Source: Camelus dromedarius
Lineage: Eukaryota
Assembly: GCF_036321535.1 (NCBI RefSeq)
Contig: NC_087437.1
Coordinates: 35,466,001 to 35,530,000, forward strand
Direction: 5' to 3'
DNA length: 64,000 nucleotides
In this document: positions 60,430-64,000 of the stretch, piece by piece
Layout of the letters: each line of letters opens with the position of its first letter
How positions within the stretch are numbered: the first letter of the stretch is position 1
The notes under the pieces: generated by a model
Told to the model about the DNA's origin: nothing
The model's database searches: none
What the model saw: only the letters and a program-made list of their open reading frames with translations
Made by a program: the position numbers and the translations under genes

Positions 60430-62040
60430 CCTCAACAACTGGAAATGGTTTTAACTCAAAAATGTTGGGTTGCTGAGTTTTTCAAGTTCCTCTTTGAGTA
60501 TCTGAGATGATAATATTGCTTTGCTTTCAGCTGAGATGATTGAAAGGGGCACTGGGGCTGCTTCTAAGCTTTACAGTAATAGTGTCTCCCTGTCTTCCTG
60601 GGACTGTTCCAGGAATGGAGGCTCTGCAGATTAGAAGAGGTTTCACCAGCAAAGTTTAGGCCATCTAATAAGAAATAAATTGCATGATGTGCACAGTGGG
60701 GATTTAAAACAAAATTTCAAAACTACCGTATTTTGCAGGAGATGGAATTTTACCTGGAGAACATGGACCTTCAGTCTGGAGGGTGGTAAATCTTCCGGGA
60801 AGTGTGTGTGCCTACCATAGAAGTGTACCATTTAATTGTCTTCTGTGTGCTTTGACACAGCTACTGCATTTCAAGCCAAACCGGGTGTATTTTTAGGAGG
60901 TTTGAGGGTAACACTTCATGCAGTTATATAGGAAAGTGGGCAGATAGTTTATTATATGGACGTCATGATGGTTTTTTTTTTTTTTTATATATATTACGGC
61001 AAAGGCTTTGAAGAAAAAATGCCATCAGTCAAAAGCAAGAAAAGCTTGCTTTTCACATTTATTCTCTCTGAATTCCTTAGTGTTCATAGTGAGTTTACAG
61101 TGCTGAACTCACCCTTGCTAGCATATACTTTGCTTGTTCGGTGCTAAATTCCATTGGGTAAAGAATGGCCAAGTGGAAAAATCATTTCTAGTTGTAACAT
61201 GTTTCACAATTTAAAAATGATTTCAAAACACTGTTTGTTTTGGTATTTTCAAAAACTGGTGAGATAGGAAAGGCAGGGAGAGCTATCTCTTTGACCTATC
61301 AAGAAACTGAAACCCAGATATTTATGTGAGCTTCTCAGGATAAAATAGCACGTGAAAAGAACCAGGAAAGGAATTACCACCCATGAAAACATTCTCAGCT
61401 CGATGCTTCTACTAAACTGTACAGTCCACTTGGACAGAAATCTTACCTAACTTTTTAAAGATAGTAACTCCAGGTATGATTTTTATAATTATTTAATGGA
61501 TAAATAAATGAACAAATTAATCCTCCCCCTACCATAAAAAAGGTCTGGATAGAATTGATCATTGGTTTATATTTGTTCCATATGAAATAATTTATTTCTC
61601 TTTTCCTTCCTCCCTCCCTCCTTCATTTCTCTCCCTACCCTTTTCATTCTTCCTAACTCTGTTTTTCAAAAGGATAGTTTTAATTGTCTCTGAATGTTTG
61701 AATCTTAGCACAGTGTCTCATATGAAAGGCATTTAATGTTTATTAAATGAGGAAACAAACAAATCCAGTTCCATGGCCACAACCCTTCACACTGGAAGAT
61801 ACTGTCTCTTGGGCAAATTTAATTCCTATTAGCTACATTTATTTAGTAACTGTTGCTCCTTCTGTAAAGCATGCTGCCACAAATTCCAGAGCTCTTTATT
61901 TATTTTCTTGACCTTTTTTTCCCTTCTCAATTGTAATTTAGTTAGAAGCCAAAACAGTATGCCAGCCAGTGGAGGAAATGAAATAAAGTGGAAAAGAAAG
62001 CATTTTGGGTCACATATGGCATTTAATCTTGTCTTCCTCA
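60430..62040 (-). mobile_element. Gypsy RT fragment M, split by MIR/L2 at about 61240-61750
   Basis: PWNWICLFP (~61750-61778, cf. SPWNSP..VP); VTTRNDF; KASFSC; TDGIFSSKPLP; HHDVHII; RFGLKC; FYGRH..LPPSRLKVHVLQ (ORF 60643-60831, cf. FLGH...I.PDP.KV.AI). Confidence 0.58.
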
Positions 62041-62669
62041 ATTATCAGCTGCTTGAGTTCAGTCATGTTATTCTTTTCAAAGTTGGGGTGGATAATAATT
62101 CAAATCCTACAAGATTTTTGTGGGACTAATGTATCAGTTTTACATTTAAAGATGATGTTAAAACAGAGATGAAAGTAGCATCTCTAAATATGTAGCTCTA
62201 GGTGTGTGTATGTGTGTGTGTGGTGAATTTCCATGAGAGTATCAACTACTTTGACTGATGAGGAAAGGGGGAGTTCCCTCATATGGATGGAACCATAGAA
62301 ACTACAGTAGGCAAGTGTCTGATTTTTGTGGTACCCGGTCCACATAGAAAATGAAAGCAGCAATAAGTGGTATAGTTTCAGGAGAGGGAAGGACGTGCCT
62401 TTCCACGTGTCTGGATAGTGTTTGAGCAATACTCTTGGCAAAAAGCCTGCTTTTTGAAGCCGGAACCGCAGGTCAGTCCATGGCAACCCTGAGGGTGGTC
62501 AGTGCAGTGGGGCAGCAGTAGGGAGGCAGAAGAATCTTTGAAGACAGCCTGGGAAGCAGGTGATAAGATGGAGAAGTAGTCTCTGGAACAGAGTACAGTC
62601 ATTTTACTAGATCCTGGGGTTAACATCATCGCCAGAAGAGCTTTTGAAGCTACCTCTTCATTTAAGAAA

Positions 62670-63150
62670 CTATTTAGCTGCAAGCAACAGAAAAGATGAC
62701 CAAGAGTAACTTGAATGCTGAATAATTTTTCACATAAAAAGAATTCTAAAATAGACAGTCAAAGGTTGGTAGAGCTATTCAAAATTCCTTCAGGGAACCT
62801 TACGTATTTTCTGTCTTTCCTTCTAGGCAGTCTTGGTGGGTCAATTTTTCTCTTACGCTTTCAAGATGGCAGCTGCGCCTTGTATTAAGAATCGGGGAAG
62901 GTAGAATGTAGGAAAGCCAAACTCATTCCTCTCTAAAGGACTTACTTATTTTTCAGTTAGGAAGACAAGCCCTTTCCAAAGATGTTTTTATAGGGAGGTC
63001 CAGGACTCTTATGTAACTTCCTTTGAGTGAAAGCAAAATGTAATGTTTAGCTTTCTAGGCTCTATGAGAAAGGAAACAAGAGTTACTGGTTGGGAACAAA
63101 TGTTGAGTGAGAGGATGACCACTTTGGCCACCCAGGCCAAACATTATTTC
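62670..63150 (-). mobile_element. Old MaLR LTR
   Basis: tttagctgcaagcaacagaaaa...caagatggcagctgc...gaatgtaggaaag. Confidence 0.6.
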
Positions 63151-63726
63151 TCTACATGGGACAGAATGCTTGGTGGGAGTTATTGTGTGTTGGATGGGTT
63201 TCTCCTCATGATTCTGGTAGGGAACCCAAAATGAAAAAAAAAAAACAATGTTTCATTGCCATTGGAAATAGGTTACCTGTGTACATCCATTGCTTTGCTG
63301 ATTAGTGCCTCAGTAGATGCTATCTTGCTATATGGTTTAAGACATAATACAGTGACATAATACCTGATATAAAGAAGTGTTCAAAAAATATTTGCTCTCT
63401 TTCTATTTTTGTGTCCCTGATAGCCTATTCTACTTACTGTGCTTTTGGTGGCTAGAACAGAAGACACTAAATTAACACAAGGAAGAGTGAGGTTGCCCCC
63501 CTTCTAGCTCTGCTCCTCCTGTTTCCCTCTCTTTCACTGTGGACCAGCTCTCTCTACACATGGGTTTCCAGCCAGGCTTCCAACCAGGTTCCCACTGCAT
63601 GAGTTTTCCTTCGACTCAGTTCAAATTCGATAATAAAATGAAAGTAATCTGTGCTCTTATTCTTGATGGGTTTTAATGAATGTGTACTTGTTTTTTTTTT
63701 TAAGTGTAAGCTTTCATATAAATGAC

Positions 63727-64000
63727 TGTTGGATGTTCTAGCTACCCCCCGTTATCCATTCTCTTTTAACTTGTTAGAAATAACCTCTATTTTCAGTTGG
63801 TCATATTGCCAGTGAAGTAAAAGTCTACACCCCATTTTGCCTTGCAATCAAGGCTTAGTCATGTGACAAAGTTTTAGCCAGTGGGTTTTAGGTGGAAGTA
63901 TTGTGTGTGACATTTGGAAAATCTCCTTAAAGAGGCAGGCCATCTGAGACCTGGAGTAAGGGAATGGTACCTGGAGTTCTGGCAGTCATCTTGGACTAAG
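63727..64000 (+). mobile_element. MaLR LTR (MLT1I/J-like), runs off the window
   Basis: ttttgccttgcaatcaaggcttagtcatgtgacaaagttttagccagtggg...ggtacctggagttctggcagtcatcttggac. Confidence 0.75.

Noticed and set aside
280..63234. ORF-track ORFs as protein-coding genes
   Set aside because: All are 146 aa or shorter, many start at non-ATG codons, and I found no consistent exon chain. The informative ones are stop-bounded pieces of decayed Gypsy pol or lie in other repeats.

Overview
AT-rich, CpG-depleted eutherian genomic DNA, probably cetartiodactyl and possibly camelid, judged from the L1 3'-tail type and the lack of recognisable Alu, B1, Bov, PRE1 or Can SINEs. I found no intact protein-coding gene, RNA gene or CRISPR array. 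The usual mammalian repeats are present: L1, L2, CR1/L3, MIR, MER5, MaLR, ERVL and ERV1-type LTRs. The main observation is that much of the apparently unique DNA between these repeats translates, by eye, into very decayed Ty3/Gypsy pol (protease, RT, RNase H, integrase, in Gypsy order). There are about a dozen separate fossils or fragments, roughly eleven on the minus strand and two on the plus strand. They are interrupted by L2, MIR, CR1 and old L1 insertions, so they are older than those. A candidate plus-strand TATA promoter and first exon at about 3.3-3.45 kb points into the array antisense to most fossils, which suggests (inference only) a fossil flamenco-like piRNA or transposon-trap locus. 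Also seen: an LTR carrying an APOA4-like fragment, a 72-bp inverted duplication, a ~230-bp dispersed duplication and a 97-bp tandem duplication. All family calls come from manual motif recognition without database searches, and boundaries are approximate.
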